Below are positions 24,445 through 35,122 of a DNA stretch of 41,544 nucleotides, piece by piece. The stretch covers positions 1 to 41,544 of the IMG/VR virus record IMGVR_UViG_3300022173_000040; one strand, written 5' to 3'. Positions within the stretch are counted from its first letter, which is position 1; each line of letters begins with the position of its first letter. A program made the translations under genes and the position numbers. Origin of the DNA: a virus (taxonomy: Duplodnaviria > Caudoviricetes). The notes under the pieces are model-generated. The model was not told where the DNA came from. It did not search any database and was given only the letters and a program-made list of their open reading frames with translations.

Positions 24445-25617
24445 ATGGCTAGCTGGGTCTCGGTTACCTCTCAGCTTGGGCTCAGCTATCCAGGCTCCGT
24501 CGATTCCACGCAACTGACTGCCGTTGGCACGGTTGCGCGGTTCAGAAACGAAACCCTTGGCGAGGGGGAGTTCATCTACCTCGCCGGGGCCGCGAACGTG
24601 GATGCAGGCGATGTCTGCTCCTATGAGATCGACTACAACGCCTCTGTAGCCACGGCTGCGGTCGTGCCATGGGCGGGAACGGCTAATATGCCGGTCTCGC
24701 TCTGTGTCGCGACGGCGGCCACGGTGGCGGGCACCTGGGGCTGGTATCAGATCGGCGGATCGGCCGTCGCCAATTCCAGCGGCTCGATCACTGCCAGCGA
24801 TGACGTGTTCTATCAGGCGGCTGGCGTGGTCTCGGCCACGCTGGTAGCCGGCAAGCAGATGCTGAACGCCGTTGCGGCCTCGGCCAACGGCGTGCCTGCG
24901 ACGAACAAGGTCATCCTGACCATCGACCGTCCGCTGGCACAGGGCGCCAACGACAGCAGCATCATCGGCAATCCGGTCGGCGCGGCTTTCGGCGGCACGG
25001 GCGTTGCCAACAACGCCGCCAGCACGCAGACCATCACGGGCGCCTTCGGCATTACGTGGACGGTTGGGGCCACCACGGCGCTGACATTGCCCGCCTCCGG
25101 CACCGTTGCCACGACGGCCGGTGTCGTTCCGGCTGCAGGCTTCTCCGCCTCGCCTCGCCCGATTGCGACGGGCGGCCTTCCCGCCGATGCGGCGGGATCG
25201 GGCAACGACTCGACGCCGGTCATCACGGAGACCTACGTCTCCGAAATCTTCGTCCCCTGCAACATGACCATCACGGGCGTCGCCCTGTTCAACGGCTCGG
25301 ACGTGACCGGCAACGTGACGGTTGGCCTTGCGGATTCGACCGGCGCTCCGATTGCGGCCGCCAAGTCGGCCAGCACGGCGGGCTTGGGCACGGACGCCTA
25401 CCAGCGCGTGCCCTTTGCTGCGCCCTACGCCGCCGTTGGCCCCGCCACCTACTTCCTGCAGGTGCAGTACGACAGCGGCACCGCTCGGTACAACACGCAC
25501 ACGGTCGGCAACTTCGGCGTTCTGGTCCAGACCACGCAGGTCTACGGCACCCTCACGTCCTTCACGCCGCCCACAACCTTTGTCACGAACGTCGCAAACA
25601 TCGCGTCCCTCTATTAA
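24445..25617 (+). CDS. paralogous decoration protein with C-terminal fibre-like extension
   Basis: First ~165 aa align by eye with 23920-24441; GGTGVAN fibre motif follows. Confidence 0.6.
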   Translation: MASWVSVTSQLGLSYPGSVDSTQLTAVGTVARFRNETLGEGEFIYLAGAANVDAGDVCSYEIDYNASVATAAVVPWAGTANMPVSLCVATAATVAGTWGWYQIGGSAVANSSGSITASDDVFYQAAGVVSATLVAGKQMLNAVAASANGVPATNKVILTIDRPLAQGANDSSIIGNPVGAAFGGTGVANNAASTQTITGAFGITWTVGATTALTLPASGTVATTAGVVPAAGFSASPRPIATGGLPADAAGSGNDSTPVITETYVSEIFVPCNMTITGVALFNGSDVTGNVTVGLADSTGAPIAAAKSASTAGLGTDAYQRVPFAAPYAAVGPATYFLQVQYDSGTARYNTHTVGNFGVLVQTTQVYGTLTSFTPPTTFVTNVANIASLY

Positions 25618-25645
25618 CCCCCGGAAGCCTTAAGGAGGCCATGGA

Positions 25646-26269
25646 ATGAGCTACGAGACCCCGCAGATGTACCGCTGGCGCGACCCGAGCTGGCCGCCGA
25701 ATCTTCCCTCCCTGGCCGTCTATTTCATGCAGGAACCGCAGGTCAACGCCAAGGCGACCACGGAAACCGGCGTCCAGACCTACGACAACGTCCTGATCGC
25801 CTATGTGGCCCCGATGGGCATGCCCAAGAGCAACGTGGCGCACGAGATCGAGCGCGTGTTGCCCGATGGCACGGTCAAGATGCACCGCGAGAACGCCTAC
25901 AAGTACGCCGAGCAGGTCAAGCACTACAAGGCGGGCACCGAGGCGGAAGCCATCGGCACGCCGCTGAAGGATCTGATCGGCATGACGCCGGCCACGGCCA
26001 TGAACCTGCGGGCGCGTGGCGTCGCCACCGTCGAGATGCTGTCGGACATGCCCGACGCCGCCGGCAACGAGCTGATGGGCTTCTGGGAGCTTCGCGACAA
26101 GGCCAAGAAGCATCTGGAGGCCCGCGCCGTCGCCGCGCCGACCGTGCGCCTGGAGAGCGAGCTTGCCTCGCGCGACAAGACCATCGCCGCCCTGCAGAAG
26201 CAGGTGGACGACCTCATCGCCTCGATTGCGTCGCAGGAAGACAAGCCCAAGCGCGCCAAGGCGGCCTAG
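25646..26269 (+). CDS. hypothetical virion-module protein (C-terminal coiled coil)
   Basis: AAGGAGG RBS; TPL......L...GV.TVE.L pattern. Confidence 0.7.
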   Translation: MSYETPQMYRWRDPSWPPNLPSLAVYFMQEPQVNAKATTETGVQTYDNVLIAYVAPMGMPKSNVAHEIERVLPDGTVKMHRENAYKYAEQVKHYKAGTEAEAIGTPLKDLIGMTPATAMNLRARGVATVEMLSDMPDAAGNELMGFWELRDKAKKHLEARAVAAPTVRLESELASRDKTIAALQKQVDDLIASIASQEDKPKRAKAA

Positions 26270-26272
26270 ACC

Positions 26273-26995
26273 GTGACAGCCCTCTCGATCGTCCAAGCGG
26301 TCTGCGCCGCGCAGGCCCTTCCGATCCCGCAGGCGCTGTTCTCCGCAACGGACGCGCAGACAATCGAGATGCGTTCGCTGCTCAATCGTGAGTTGGCGAT
26401 CCTGAAGAAGTGGCCCGACACCTATTGGCGCAAGCTGATGCGGGATCACACCTTCACGACCACGGCGACGGAGGTACAGCCTTCGACCTCGCAGCCCGCC
26501 GATCTGGAATACATCATCCCCAGCACGTCATGGGATCGCACCATGTCTCGGCCCGTGCTTGGCCCCATGGACCCGCAGACATGGCAGGCATGGAAGGCGC
26601 GGCCGATCCTGACGAGCGTGCTTTACGGCTACATGCTGCAGGGCAACGACTTCTACACGGCCCCGACGCCGCCCGCGGGCGACACGCTGGCCTACACCTA
26701 CATCTCGCAGTATGCGGTTTATGCGGCGGGCGACACCGTGCCGACAAAGCCGTATTTCACGGCCGACACGGACACCTCGATATTCGATGAGGTCATCGTC
26801 GAGCTTGGCGTGACGTGGCGGTTCCTGTCGCAAAAGAAGCTGGAGTGCGACCAGGAGAAGGCAACCTGGGCCTCGCTCGTGCAGACGGCGGCCTCGCGCT
26901 CCAAGGGGCTTCCGGTCCTCTCTGCCGCTGGCCCGGCATGGTCCGCATTGGCTGGACCTTACACGCCGCAATTCAACTTCCCCGGCCCGGCTTAA
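26273..26995 (+). CDS. putative head-tail adaptor
   Basis: Position; MT.LSIVQ.V N-terminus; LGV.WRF..KL motif. Confidence 0.6.
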   Translation: MTALSIVQAVCAAQALPIPQALFSATDAQTIEMRSLLNRELAILKKWPDTYWRKLMRDHTFTTTATEVQPSTSQPADLEYIIPSTSWDRTMSRPVLGPMDPQTWQAWKARPILTSVLYGYMLQGNDFYTAPTPPAGDTLAYTYISQYAVYAAGDTVPTKPYFTADTDTSIFDEVIVELGVTWRFLSQKKLECDQEKATWASLVQTAASRSKGLPVLSAAGPAWSALAGPYTPQFNFPGPA

Positions 26996-27328
26996 ATGGC
27001 CGACGAGCTGCAGCAAGTCGCCCCGCAGGTCTTGTGGCGTAAGCAGGTTGCCGCGCGCTTCGCCCAGCTTCCGACGCGCTGGTATCAGGGCTCCAAGACC
27101 TACAACCCGCCCGACATTCTGGACGGGGCGCAGGACCAGACGACCGTTACCGTCGTTGGCGCCACGCTGGGCAAGGTCGCCATGGTGGCGTTCAGCCTCG
27201 ACCTGCAGGGCATCACGCTCACCGGCAACGTGAGCGCGACCGATACCGTGACCGCAACATTCCGAAACAATACCGGCGCTCCGGTCAACCTGGGCAGCGG
27301 CACGCTGTCGGCCTCGGTGTTCTCCTGA
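26996..27328 (+). CDS. hypothetical beta-rich structural protein
   Basis: Abuts neighbouring genes; TVTVVGA.LG...VSA.DTVT..F.N.TG. Confidence 0.65.
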   Translation: MADELQQVAPQVLWRKQVAARFAQLPTRWYQGSKTYNPPDILDGAQDQTTVTVVGATLGKVAMVAFSLDLQGITLTGNVSATDTVTATFRNNTGAPVNLGSGTLSASVFS

Positions 27329-28875
27329 TGCTGCTCTACAAAGCCCCCAACCAGCGCGCCTCGCTCCGGCAGTTCTCCAAGCCTTTTAGCATCCCGGCGC
27401 CTACGGGCGGCCTGAACGTCCGCGACTCCTACACGGACATGAAGCCCGATGACGCGGTGATCCTGACCAACGTGTTCCCCGAGGCGAACTATTGCCGGGT
27501 GAGGGGAGGCTATGCCTCGCACGCAACGGGCATGACCAACCCGGTGCGGTCCCTGCTGACATGGAACGGCCTGACGGGCGTGGACAAGCTGTTCGCCGGG
27601 GCGGGGACCGTGATCTACGACGTGACCGCTGCCGGGGCCGGAACGTCCGCAGTCACGGGCCTCACGAACGTCGATTTTCAGTGGACGAACATCAAGACCT
27701 CCGGCGGCATGTACCTGATCGCCTGCAACGGCGCGGACTCGATGCGGTCCTACGATGGCTCGTCATGGGCCACCCCGGTCATCACCGTGGGCACGTCCTC
27801 GACGTTCATCAACGTCTGCCAGTTCAAGGAACGCCTTTGGTTCGCCCAGAAGGACACGCTGGACCTCTGGTATCTGGGTCTGCAATCCATCGCCGGAGCG
27901 GCCACGCTGTACCCGCTGGGCTCGGTCTTTCGCCGGGGCGGCTACATCATCGGCCTCGGCTCGTTCTCCAACGACGCGGGCGAGGGGCCTGACGACTATC
28001 TCGCCATCGTGACCAACAACGGCGAGGTCGCGGTCTATCAGGGCACCGACCCGTCGAGCGCCAATACGTGGACCCTGGCGGGCCGCTTCGATGTCGGCAT
28101 GCCGATCGGGCGGCGCTGCACGGTCAGGCTCAACGGCGACCTGGGCATCCTCACGCAGGACGGCATGGTCTCCATGCAGGCGGCGCTGCAGTTCGACCGC
28201 TCCAGCATCCAGCGGGCCACCATCACCGGCAAGATCCAGACGCTGTTCAGCCAGTATGCCGAATCCTACAAGACCAATTTCGGCTGGTCGCCCTGCGTGT
28301 TTCCCAAGGCGCGCATGCTGATCGTCAATATCCCGGCCGTGACGAACTCGAGCCAGAGCCAAATCGTGATGAACACAATCACCGGCGCGTGGTGCCAGTT
28401 CCAGAACATGAACGCGGGGTGCTGGGGCGTCGCCAACGACAAGCTGTATTTCGGGGGCAATACCGGGGTCGTCTATCAGGCCGAGAACGGCCGGCAGGAT
28501 GCGGGCGGCAATATCAATTGGGAGATGGCGACAAGCTGGCAGCAGGTCGGCGGCCCGACCAACAAGTTCTTCAAGATGGTGCGCCCGACGCTGCAGGTCG
28601 GCGCGGGCGTCGCCTACGGCATCAACATAAACGTGGATTTCGTGTCTTCCGTGCCGGCTCCGGGCGTCCCGCCTCTGGCCGCGGCGACGGTGGGCATGGT
28701 GTGGCCGTGGGCATGGCCGGGCACCTGGGGCGGGCAGAGCCTGCTCGACTCGCGCTGGCAGTCCACGGGCGCCATCGGCAATTGGGCATCCGTCCACATG
28801 GCGGGGATCGTTCGCGACGGTGGCTGCATCATCAACAGCTTCGACGCCATTGCGGAGAGCGGGGGACCGCTGTGA
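27328..28875 (+). CDS. tail nozzle / DNA-stabilisation protein (P22 gp10-like)
   Basis: 515 aa, beta-rich; PAPTGGLN.RD N-terminus; position in the podovirus tail module. Confidence 0.7.
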   Translation: MLLYKAPNQRASLRQFSKPFSIPAPTGGLNVRDSYTDMKPDDAVILTNVFPEANYCRVRGGYASHATGMTNPVRSLLTWNGLTGVDKLFAGAGTVIYDVTAAGAGTSAVTGLTNVDFQWTNIKTSGGMYLIACNGADSMRSYDGSSWATPVITVGTSSTFINVCQFKERLWFAQKDTLDLWYLGLQSIAGAATLYPLGSVFRRGGYIIGLGSFSNDAGEGPDDYLAIVTNNGEVAVYQGTDPSSANTWTLAGRFDVGMPIGRRCTVRLNGDLGILTQDGMVSMQAALQFDRSSIQRATITGKIQTLFSQYAESYKTNFGWSPCVFPKARMLIVNIPAVTNSSQSQIVMNTITGAWCQFQNMNAGCWGVANDKLYFGGNTGVVYQAENGRQDAGGNINWEMATSWQQVGGPTNKFFKMVRPTLQVGAGVAYGININVDFVSSVPAPGVPPLAAATVGMVWPWAWPGTWGGQSLLDSRWQSTGAIGNWASVHMAGIVRDGGCIINSFDAIAESGGPL

Positions 28876-29333
28876 AGCGGACGCTCCTCTGGGGGCACGA
28901 TCAGGTTGTTATCGACTTCGTGTCGAACCTTGCGCCGATCGAACGCCCCCTGTGGCGCGACCTCTACGCCGGGGTGGGTGTCCTGCGGGCGGATGGGGCG
29001 CTTATCGGGGGCGTCGTGTTCTCCGAGTACAAGCCGCAATTTGGCACTTTAGAAGTTAGCGCGGCTGCGCTATCATACCTCGTCTTCAGCCCCCAAATGC
29101 TGGTTGAGCTTGGCGCTCACGTATTTGGACAGCTGGAAGTTTTCAGAATCTCAGCACGCACCAGCGACACGAACATTCGTGCGAAGCGACTCCTCAAGGG
29201 GTTGGGCTTCACGAACGAGGCGGTCAAAGGGCACTTCTACGGCAAGGGGAAGCACGCCAGCGAATGGCGAGTCATCCGGCCAGAGTGGGAGAAAAAGTGG
29301 GGGACATCTGATGTCCTCCAGAAGGCGGCGTAA
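28872..29333 (+). CDS. GNAT-fold tail-module protein
   Basis: FGQLEVFRISART...N.RAKRLLKGLGF..E RimJ/RimL-like motif; usual position before ejection proteins. Confidence 0.8.
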   Translation: MKRTLLWGHDQVVIDFVSNLAPIERPLWRDLYAGVGVLRADGALIGGVVFSEYKPQFGTLEVSAAALSYLVFSPQMLVELGAHVFGQLEVFRISARTSDTNIRAKRLLKGLGFTNEAVKGHFYGKGKHASEWRVIRPEWEKKWGTSDVLQKAA

Positions 29334-30215
29334 GTGCAGAGCGGCGGTTCGGCTCCCACGTTCAACGCAGGTCAGGTGGCCCAGCAGCAGACGCAATCCA
29401 ACGTCAATACCGGCGTTGCGAACGCTTTGCTTGGCAACACCAACCAGATCACGCCCTACGGCAACCTGACTTACAACCAGACGGGCTCCACCAACGTCGG
29501 CGGCAACGAAGTCCCGACCTTCACGGCCACGCAGACCCTCTCGCCTGAACAACAGGCGATCTACAACAAGACGACGGGCCTCCAGTCGGGCGCGCTGGAC
29601 ACCGCCAAGAACGTCCTCGGGCAGGTCAACAATACCGTCAACACGCCGCTGAGTTTCGACGGCGCACCGGCGCTGCCGGGCTCGCAGGACGAGCTTCGCC
29701 AGCAGGGCTATGACGCGAGCATCGCGCGCTCGCGGCAGGAGCTTGACCGTTCGCGGGAAGGCCAGCAGGTCCAGCTCCAGAACCAGGGCATCGCGCAAGG
29801 CTCCGAGGCGTGGAAGCGCGCCATGGAAGGGCAGGACCAGGCGCTGGTGGACGCCTCCAATCAGGCGACGCTGAACGCGGGCAACATCGCGGGCCAGAAC
29901 CTCTCGCAGGCTCAGGCGCTCCGCAACCAGTCGATCAACGAGACGCAGACGCTGCGGAACCAGCCGCTCCAGGATTATCAGGCCCTGCTGGGCCTTGGCG
30001 GCGGCGTGCAGCAGCCGACGTATGCGACCCCGACGCAGGCCAGCATTCAGGCCACCGATGTCACGACGCCCTACATGCAGCAGTTCCAGGGGCAGACGAA
30101 CGCCTACAACCAGCAGCAGGGCGCCAACAACGCCATGACAGGCGCGCTGTTCGGCCTTGGCGGCTCTGTCCTCGGCGGTCTCTCCCGCCAGAAGGGCTTT
30201 GGTTTCGGCGGATGA
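29334..30215 (+). CDS. internal virion / DNA ejection protein
   Basis: Q/N/G-rich; NQITPYGNLTY motif; C-terminal GALFGLGGSVLGG. Confidence 0.7.
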   Translation: MQSGGSAPTFNAGQVAQQQTQSNVNTGVANALLGNTNQITPYGNLTYNQTGSTNVGGNEVPTFTATQTLSPEQQAIYNKTTGLQSGALDTAKNVLGQVNNTVNTPLSFDGAPALPGSQDELRQQGYDASIARSRQELDRSREGQQVQLQNQGIAQGSEAWKRAMEGQDQALVDASNQATLNAGNIAGQNLSQAQALRNQSINETQTLRNQPLQDYQALLGLGGGVQQPTYATPTQASIQATDVTTPYMQQFQGQTNAYNQQQGANNAMTGALFGLGGSVLGGLSRQKGFGFGG

Positions 30216-31939
30216 GCGACGCCCTCGCCGCCGCGCTTATGGCAACCCAGCGCAAGCAGTATGACCCGGCCGAAAATTCTCGGAAGTACGGTCAGATGCT
30301 GCTGCAGCAGGGCTCCTCCACGGCTCCGGTCCAGAGCCCGTTGGAAGGCTTGGCGCGCGCGCTCACGGGCGGCGTTGGTGGCTTCTTCGAGGGGCAGGCC
30401 GAGCGCCAGCAGGAAGGCAAGCAGAAGGAAACGCTGGGCGGCTTGGCGGACCTCCTGAGTGGAGATCCCGCGACCCGCGCGGCTGGCCTCGAACGACTGA
30501 AGGGGGGTGATCCATCTATTGCCGGCCCGGTGATGGCTGGCATGATTGGCGACCAGCGCAAGACGCAGGCGCAGTCGGCGGCGGGCGACCAGTTCGCGGC
30601 AGCCTACGGCATGCCCAAGCCCGGCGCGCAGCCGCAGTCGATGCCGGGGCAGTCTGCCGCCGTGCCGCCGCTTCCGCAGGGCCAGCCCACCACCAGCGGC
30701 TTCAACAACAACCTGGGCAACATCCGCGCCACGCCGATCAATTGGGACGGCAAGGGCGCCCCGCACAACGGCTTCGAGACCTTCGGCACGCCGGATCAGG
30801 GCGCGGGCGCCATGGTGAAGAACCTCGGCGCCTACGTGAAGGCAAACCCCAACGTGACGGTCGCGCAGGCCATCGCGAAGTGGGCTCCGCCAAACGAGAA
30901 CAACACCGACCTCTACATCCGGCAGGTCGCGGAAGGGACCGGCATCAACCCGGCCGCCCCGCTTGCCGAGGTGCTGCAGGACCCTGCCATGGCGGCCCAG
31001 CTTCTGGACGCCATCACCCGCAAGGAGAAGGGCGGCCTGCCGCAGGGTGTGAACGCCGACACCTTTATGAAGGCGACGACTCCGGGCGGTCTCACCATCG
31101 GCATACCGCAGGGCAGCGCCGAGCAGCAGACGCAACAGCCGGCTCCCGCCACGCCCGCGCCGCAGGCTCCCGCCATCCCTGACGTGCCACGTCCGCAGCC
31201 TAATCCGCAGACGGTCGAGCGGCTGAAGGGCGCGATTGCCAGTGGTGAGATGACGCCAAATCAGGCGGTGTCGGCGCTTCAGCAGGAAGTTGACCGCGAT
31301 TGGAACGTCGCCCGCGACCGCGCCAAAATGCAGTTCGAGCAGGAGACGCACGCCTTCCGAGAGGGCCAGAAGGCTCCCCAGCAGAGGGTCGAGAACGCCG
31401 GCAAGCTGCGTGACGACTTCCAGGCGTCGCCTATCGTCAAGAGCTACCGCGAAGTGCAGCCCATCATGGCGTCGATGGATGAGGCGCTGCGCCGTCCGAC
31501 CAAGGCCGCCGACCTCAACCTGATCTATGGCCTCGGCAAGATCATGGACCCCAACAGCGTGGTCAGAGAGGGCGAGCTGGCGCTGGCGAAGTCTACGGGC
31601 ACGCTGGGCGACGAGTTGAAGAGTCTCTATTCCAAGGTCAACGGCGGCTCCGGCATGTCGCAGGAGACCCGCGAGAAGCTGGTGCGTGAGGCCCGCAGCC
31701 GGTTCGGGCAGCTTCAGACCCAGTACGACTCCTATAAGGGCCAATTCAAGCAGGTTGCCGAGCGCGGCGGCCTCGACCCGCGCGATGTGATTGTTGAGGG
31801 CATGTCCTCGGTAGGCCCGGCAGTGAGCCCCAATCAGGGCGTGCTGGATGAAGCGCGAGACGCCATCGCCAAGGGTGCGCCCAAGGACAAGGTGATCGAG
31901 CGGCTGCGCGCCCAAGGCGTCGATCCGGGGGCGCTCTGA
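30212..31939 (+). CDS. internal virion/ejection protein with lysozyme-like domain
   Basis: NNLGNIR...F.TPDQG..A...L..Y...TV...I.KWAPPNENNT..Y; K.MDPNSVVREGE motif. Confidence 0.7.
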   Translation: MSDALAAALMATQRKQYDPAENSRKYGQMLLQQGSSTAPVQSPLEGLARALTGGVGGFFEGQAERQQEGKQKETLGGLADLLSGDPATRAAGLERLKGGDPSIAGPVMAGMIGDQRKTQAQSAAGDQFAAAYGMPKPGAQPQSMPGQSAAVPPLPQGQPTTSGFNNNLGNIRATPINWDGKGAPHNGFETFGTPDQGAGAMVKNLGAYVKANPNVTVAQAIAKWAPPNENNTDLYIRQVAEGTGINPAAPLAEVLQDPAMAAQLLDAITRKEKGGLPQGVNADTFMKATTPGGLTIGIPQGSAEQQTQQPAPATPAPQAPAIPDVPRPQPNPQTVERLKGAIASGEMTPNQAVSALQQEVDRDWNVARDRAKMQFEQETHAFREGQKAPQQRVENAGKLRDDFQASPIVKSYREVQPIMASMDEALRRPTKAADLNLIYGLGKIMDPNSVVREGELALAKSTGTLGDELKSLYSKVNGGSGMSQETREKLVREARSRFGQLQTQYDSYKGQFKQVAERGGLDPRDVIVEGMSSVGPAVSPNQGVLDEARDAIAKGAPKDKVIERLRAQGVDPGAL

Positions 31940-33882
31940 TGGGTGCTTTCGACGATCTGATCCCCAAGAAGGCGAGCGCCTTTGCAGACCTGATCCCGAA
32001 GGCGGACAGCCGCGTCACGCCTGACAACGTGGTCCGCTCGCTTGCTCAAGGCGCGTCCTTCGGCTTTGCCGATGAATTGGCCGCTGCGGGCGATGCCGCC
32101 GTTGGGCCGCTCCTCGATCCGCTGCTTGCCAAGATTGGGCTGGGCTCGACCAACACCAGCACGGCGCCGTCTTTCGGTGAACGCTACGACCAGAACCTCG
32201 GCCGTGAGCGCACGCAGGACAAGGCGTTTTCCGGGGAGCATCCCTACGTTGACGTTGGCGCAAAGGTTGTGGGCGGCGTGGGCTCGTCTGCGGCAGCTCT
32301 ACCGGCCGCCCTCACGTCAAAGGCGCCGTCGCTACTCGGAAACATCCTGAAGATGGGCGGCACGGGCGCGGGCTTGGGCGCAGTGGCAGGCTTCGGAGAA
32401 GGCGAGGGGACTGAGGGCCGACTTGCCAATGCTCTCCTGGGCGGCGGTATCGGTGGCGCGCTTGGCGCGGCTGCTCCCGTCGTTGGAGTTGCCTCGCGTG
32501 CTGCGATGGAAACCGGACCGGGCCGCGCGGTGAGCAACGCTGTGGGCTCGATGTTCGGCAAGGCTCCCGCAGTTCCATCTGTGGCGGGCGCGCCTGCCGT
32601 CGATCGTGCGGCCGAAAGCGGCGCCGTGGATCGCCTCGCGACGGCCCTGCAGCGCGGCAAGATGAGCCCGCAAGACGTTTCGAGCCGGCTCGGTCGGCTG
32701 GGCGATGAGGCAATGATTGCCGACGTTGATCCGCAGTTTCTGTCGATGGCGCGCGGCGCCAAGGTCATGCCGGGCGAGACGCGCACGATTGCCGAGAATG
32801 CCCTGATCGGTCGCGACCGTGGCGCCGGCAATCGGCTTGTGAAGGCTTTTGAGGGTGCGGAGCCGCCGCCGTCCACGTTCCAGGCATTGCGCGGCATGGA
32901 TGGCAACCGAGCGGGTGTGGGCATTCGCGAATACGGCGCGATGCGCGCCGCTGGTCTCAATTCTAGTGACGATATGCAGCAACTGCAGCAAATCCCCGCC
33001 GTCCGCGATGCGCTGGCGAAGATCGAGGCAGAGGCCGTCGAGACTGGCAAGACACTCGCGCCGATCGACATAATGCACCGGGTCAAGCAGAAGCTGAACG
33101 CAACGGCGGATGCGGCCTTTGTAAGCGGAAACCCCGTAAACAAAGCCGACGTGGGTGACCTCGCGAACGCTTGGGAGGCCGCTTTCTGGAAGGCCAATCC
33201 GCAGGCGCAGGCAGCCGATACCGCCTATGCGCAGGCCGCCTCTCTGCCCGACTACCTCCAGAGCGGCCGAAACTTCCTCCGAAAGGGAACCAGCGAATCT
33301 GCCACGGAGAGCAGCGCGCCGGCCCTTGCGGACCTGCTGATGGGCGCCAACCCTCAGCAGCGTCTGGCCGCGCGCGCCGGCGCCACGAATGCCGCACGCG
33401 AGACCGCGCTGGAGGGCACGCGCCCCGCTCGGGCATTGGCCCAGCGCATCGACGAGAGCGGACCTGTCCGCGCCAAACTGGGCGAACTCTACGGCCCCGA
33501 TCAGTCCGCCCGCATCATGCAGCAGGCCGAGTCCGAGGGCGTGTTCGCCAACACCAGCAATCAGATCCTGCGCGGCTCGCAGACGGCGGAGAAGGCCGCC
33601 GACGTGATCGACCTTGGCGGCGCCGGCATCCGCGCGACGCCTGACGGCATCCAGCCCCGCATCTGGGAGCGCCTGGGCGAACTCCTCAACAAGGTCTCCG
33701 CCCCCAATGAGGCAGTCCGCAACCAGATGGGCCGCATGACCCTCAATCCGAACTCCGCCGAGAACGAACGCATCCTGGCACTCGTGGCCGAACTGCTGAA
33801 GAAGCGCGCCGGTGGCTCGCCCATTCCGGTGGGGCTCGCGCAGTCGGGCGGTTCAGTCGCCGGCATCATGGGAAGAGAATAG
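31939..33882 (+). CDS. internal virion / DNA ejection protein
   Basis: MGAFDDLIP start; QGASFGFADE; Gly/Ala-rich membrane-like segments. Confidence 0.7.
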   Translation: MGAFDDLIPKKASAFADLIPKADSRVTPDNVVRSLAQGASFGFADELAAAGDAAVGPLLDPLLAKIGLGSTNTSTAPSFGERYDQNLGRERTQDKAFSGEHPYVDVGAKVVGGVGSSAAALPAALTSKAPSLLGNILKMGGTGAGLGAVAGFGEGEGTEGRLANALLGGGIGGALGAAAPVVGVASRAAMETGPGRAVSNAVGSMFGKAPAVPSVAGAPAVDRAAESGAVDRLATALQRGKMSPQDVSSRLGRLGDEAMIADVDPQFLSMARGAKVMPGETRTIAENALIGRDRGAGNRLVKAFEGAEPPPSTFQALRGMDGNRAGVGIREYGAMRAAGLNSSDDMQQLQQIPAVRDALAKIEAEAVETGKTLAPIDIMHRVKQKLNATADAAFVSGNPVNKADVGDLANAWEAAFWKANPQAQAADTAYAQAASLPDYLQSGRNFLRKGTSESATESSAPALADLLMGANPQQRLAARAGATNAARETALEGTRPARALAQRIDESGPVRAKLGELYGPDQSARIMQQAESEGVFANTSNQILRGSQTAEKAADVIDLGGAGIRATPDGIQPRIWERLGELLNKVSAPNEAVRNQMGRMTLNPNSAENERILALVAELLKKRAGGSPIPVGLAQSGGSVAGIMGRE

Positions 33883-33884
33883 CC

Positions 33885-35114
33885 ATGCCCTATAACGGTT
33901 CAGGCGTTTACAGCGCGCCATCCCTCCCCGGTTCCTTCAACCCGGCAGTCACCGGCCAGAACGCCACGCCTGCGGACTGGACGACGCTGCTGGCTGACTT
34001 CGCGACGGCTTGGTCCAGCGTCATCTGCAAGGACGGCCAAACCACCATCACGGCGAACCTGCCGATGGCGACGTACCGCCATACCGGCGTCGGCAATGCC
34101 GTTGCGCGCACCGATTACGCATCGGCGGGTCAGGTGCAGGACGGCTCCATGGAGTACGCCCTGACGACGGGCACGGACACGATCCTTGCCACGCTGGCCC
34201 CCGCCATCACGGCGTATGCGGTCGGGCAGACCTTCAACCTCAAGAAGTCGGCATCAGCCAATACCACGGCTGTCACGCTGAACATCAACAGCATCGGCGC
34301 GGGCGACGTGAAGTGGCCGAACGGTTCCGCGCTCGCTGCCGGCGCCATTCCCGCCAACAGCATCTTCAGCGTGTCGGTTGCCGACATCTCGACGCCCACC
34401 GCGCCGATCTATCACCTCCAGACTTCGCCGGGCGCATCCACGGCGCTTCAGGTGGCGACCCAGACGTTCACCTCATCGGGCACCTACACTCCGACCTCTG
34501 GCATGGCCTACTGCGTGATTGAACTCGTCGGCGGTGGTGGCGGTGGCGGCGGCGTTGCGGCCACGACTTCCAACTCCGGCGCTGGCGGTGGCGGCGGCGC
34601 GGGCAGCTACGCATGGCTGATGGCGACAGCGGCGACCATTGGCGCGTCCAAGGCCGTCACGATTGGCGCCGGCGGCGCGGGCGGCTCGGCAGGCGCGAAT
34701 GCCGGCAGCGCGGGTGGCGATACGTCGGTCGGCGTCCTCTGTATCGGCAAGGGCGGATCGGGCGGCGGCTTCTCGAATGTGGCCGGGTCCGTCTTCGGCG
34801 GCGCTGGCGGCGCGGGCGGCGTTGCAGGAACCGGCACCAACCCATTGCCCGGCAACTACGGCTTCCCCGGCATGGGCGCGATCAACGCGACCAGTTCACC
34901 GCCCCATGGCGGCGGCGGCGGCGGCTCGTTCTTCGGCGGCGGCGCGCAAGGCCCAGCCGTGACGAGCGGCGGCACGGCAACGGCCGGTAACGCTGCCACG
35001 GCCAATACCGGCGGCGGCGGCTCTGGTGCTGCTGGCTACAACGCGGCCGGCACGGCTGCGGGTGGTGCGGGTGGCTCCGGATACGTCCGCATCACCGAAT
35101 ATTGCAACGTCTAG
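33885..35114 (+). CDS. tail fibre-like protein with glycine-rich C-terminal domain
   Basis: MPYNGSGVYS...DGQTTITANLPM anchor; FTSSGTYTP...GGGGGG...GGSGYVRITEY. Confidence 0.8.
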   Translation: MPYNGSGVYSAPSLPGSFNPAVTGQNATPADWTTLLADFATAWSSVICKDGQTTITANLPMATYRHTGVGNAVARTDYASAGQVQDGSMEYALTTGTDTILATLAPAITAYAVGQTFNLKKSASANTTAVTLNINSIGAGDVKWPNGSALAAGAIPANSIFSVSVADISTPTAPIYHLQTSPGASTALQVATQTFTSSGTYTPTSGMAYCVIELVGGGGGGGGVAATTSNSGAGGGGGAGSYAWLMATAATIGASKAVTIGAGGAGGSAGANAGSAGGDTSVGVLCIGKGGSGGGFSNVAGSVFGGAGGAGGVAGTGTNPLPGNYGFPGMGAINATSSPPHGGGGGGSFFGGGAQGPAVTSGGTATAGNAATANTGGGGSGAAGYNAAGTAAGGAGGSGYVRITEYCNV

Positions 35115-35122
35115 GAGCGATC

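Noticed and set aside
34520-35080. GGC-rich tandem repeats
   Set aside because: Simply encode the glycine-rich tail-fibre domain
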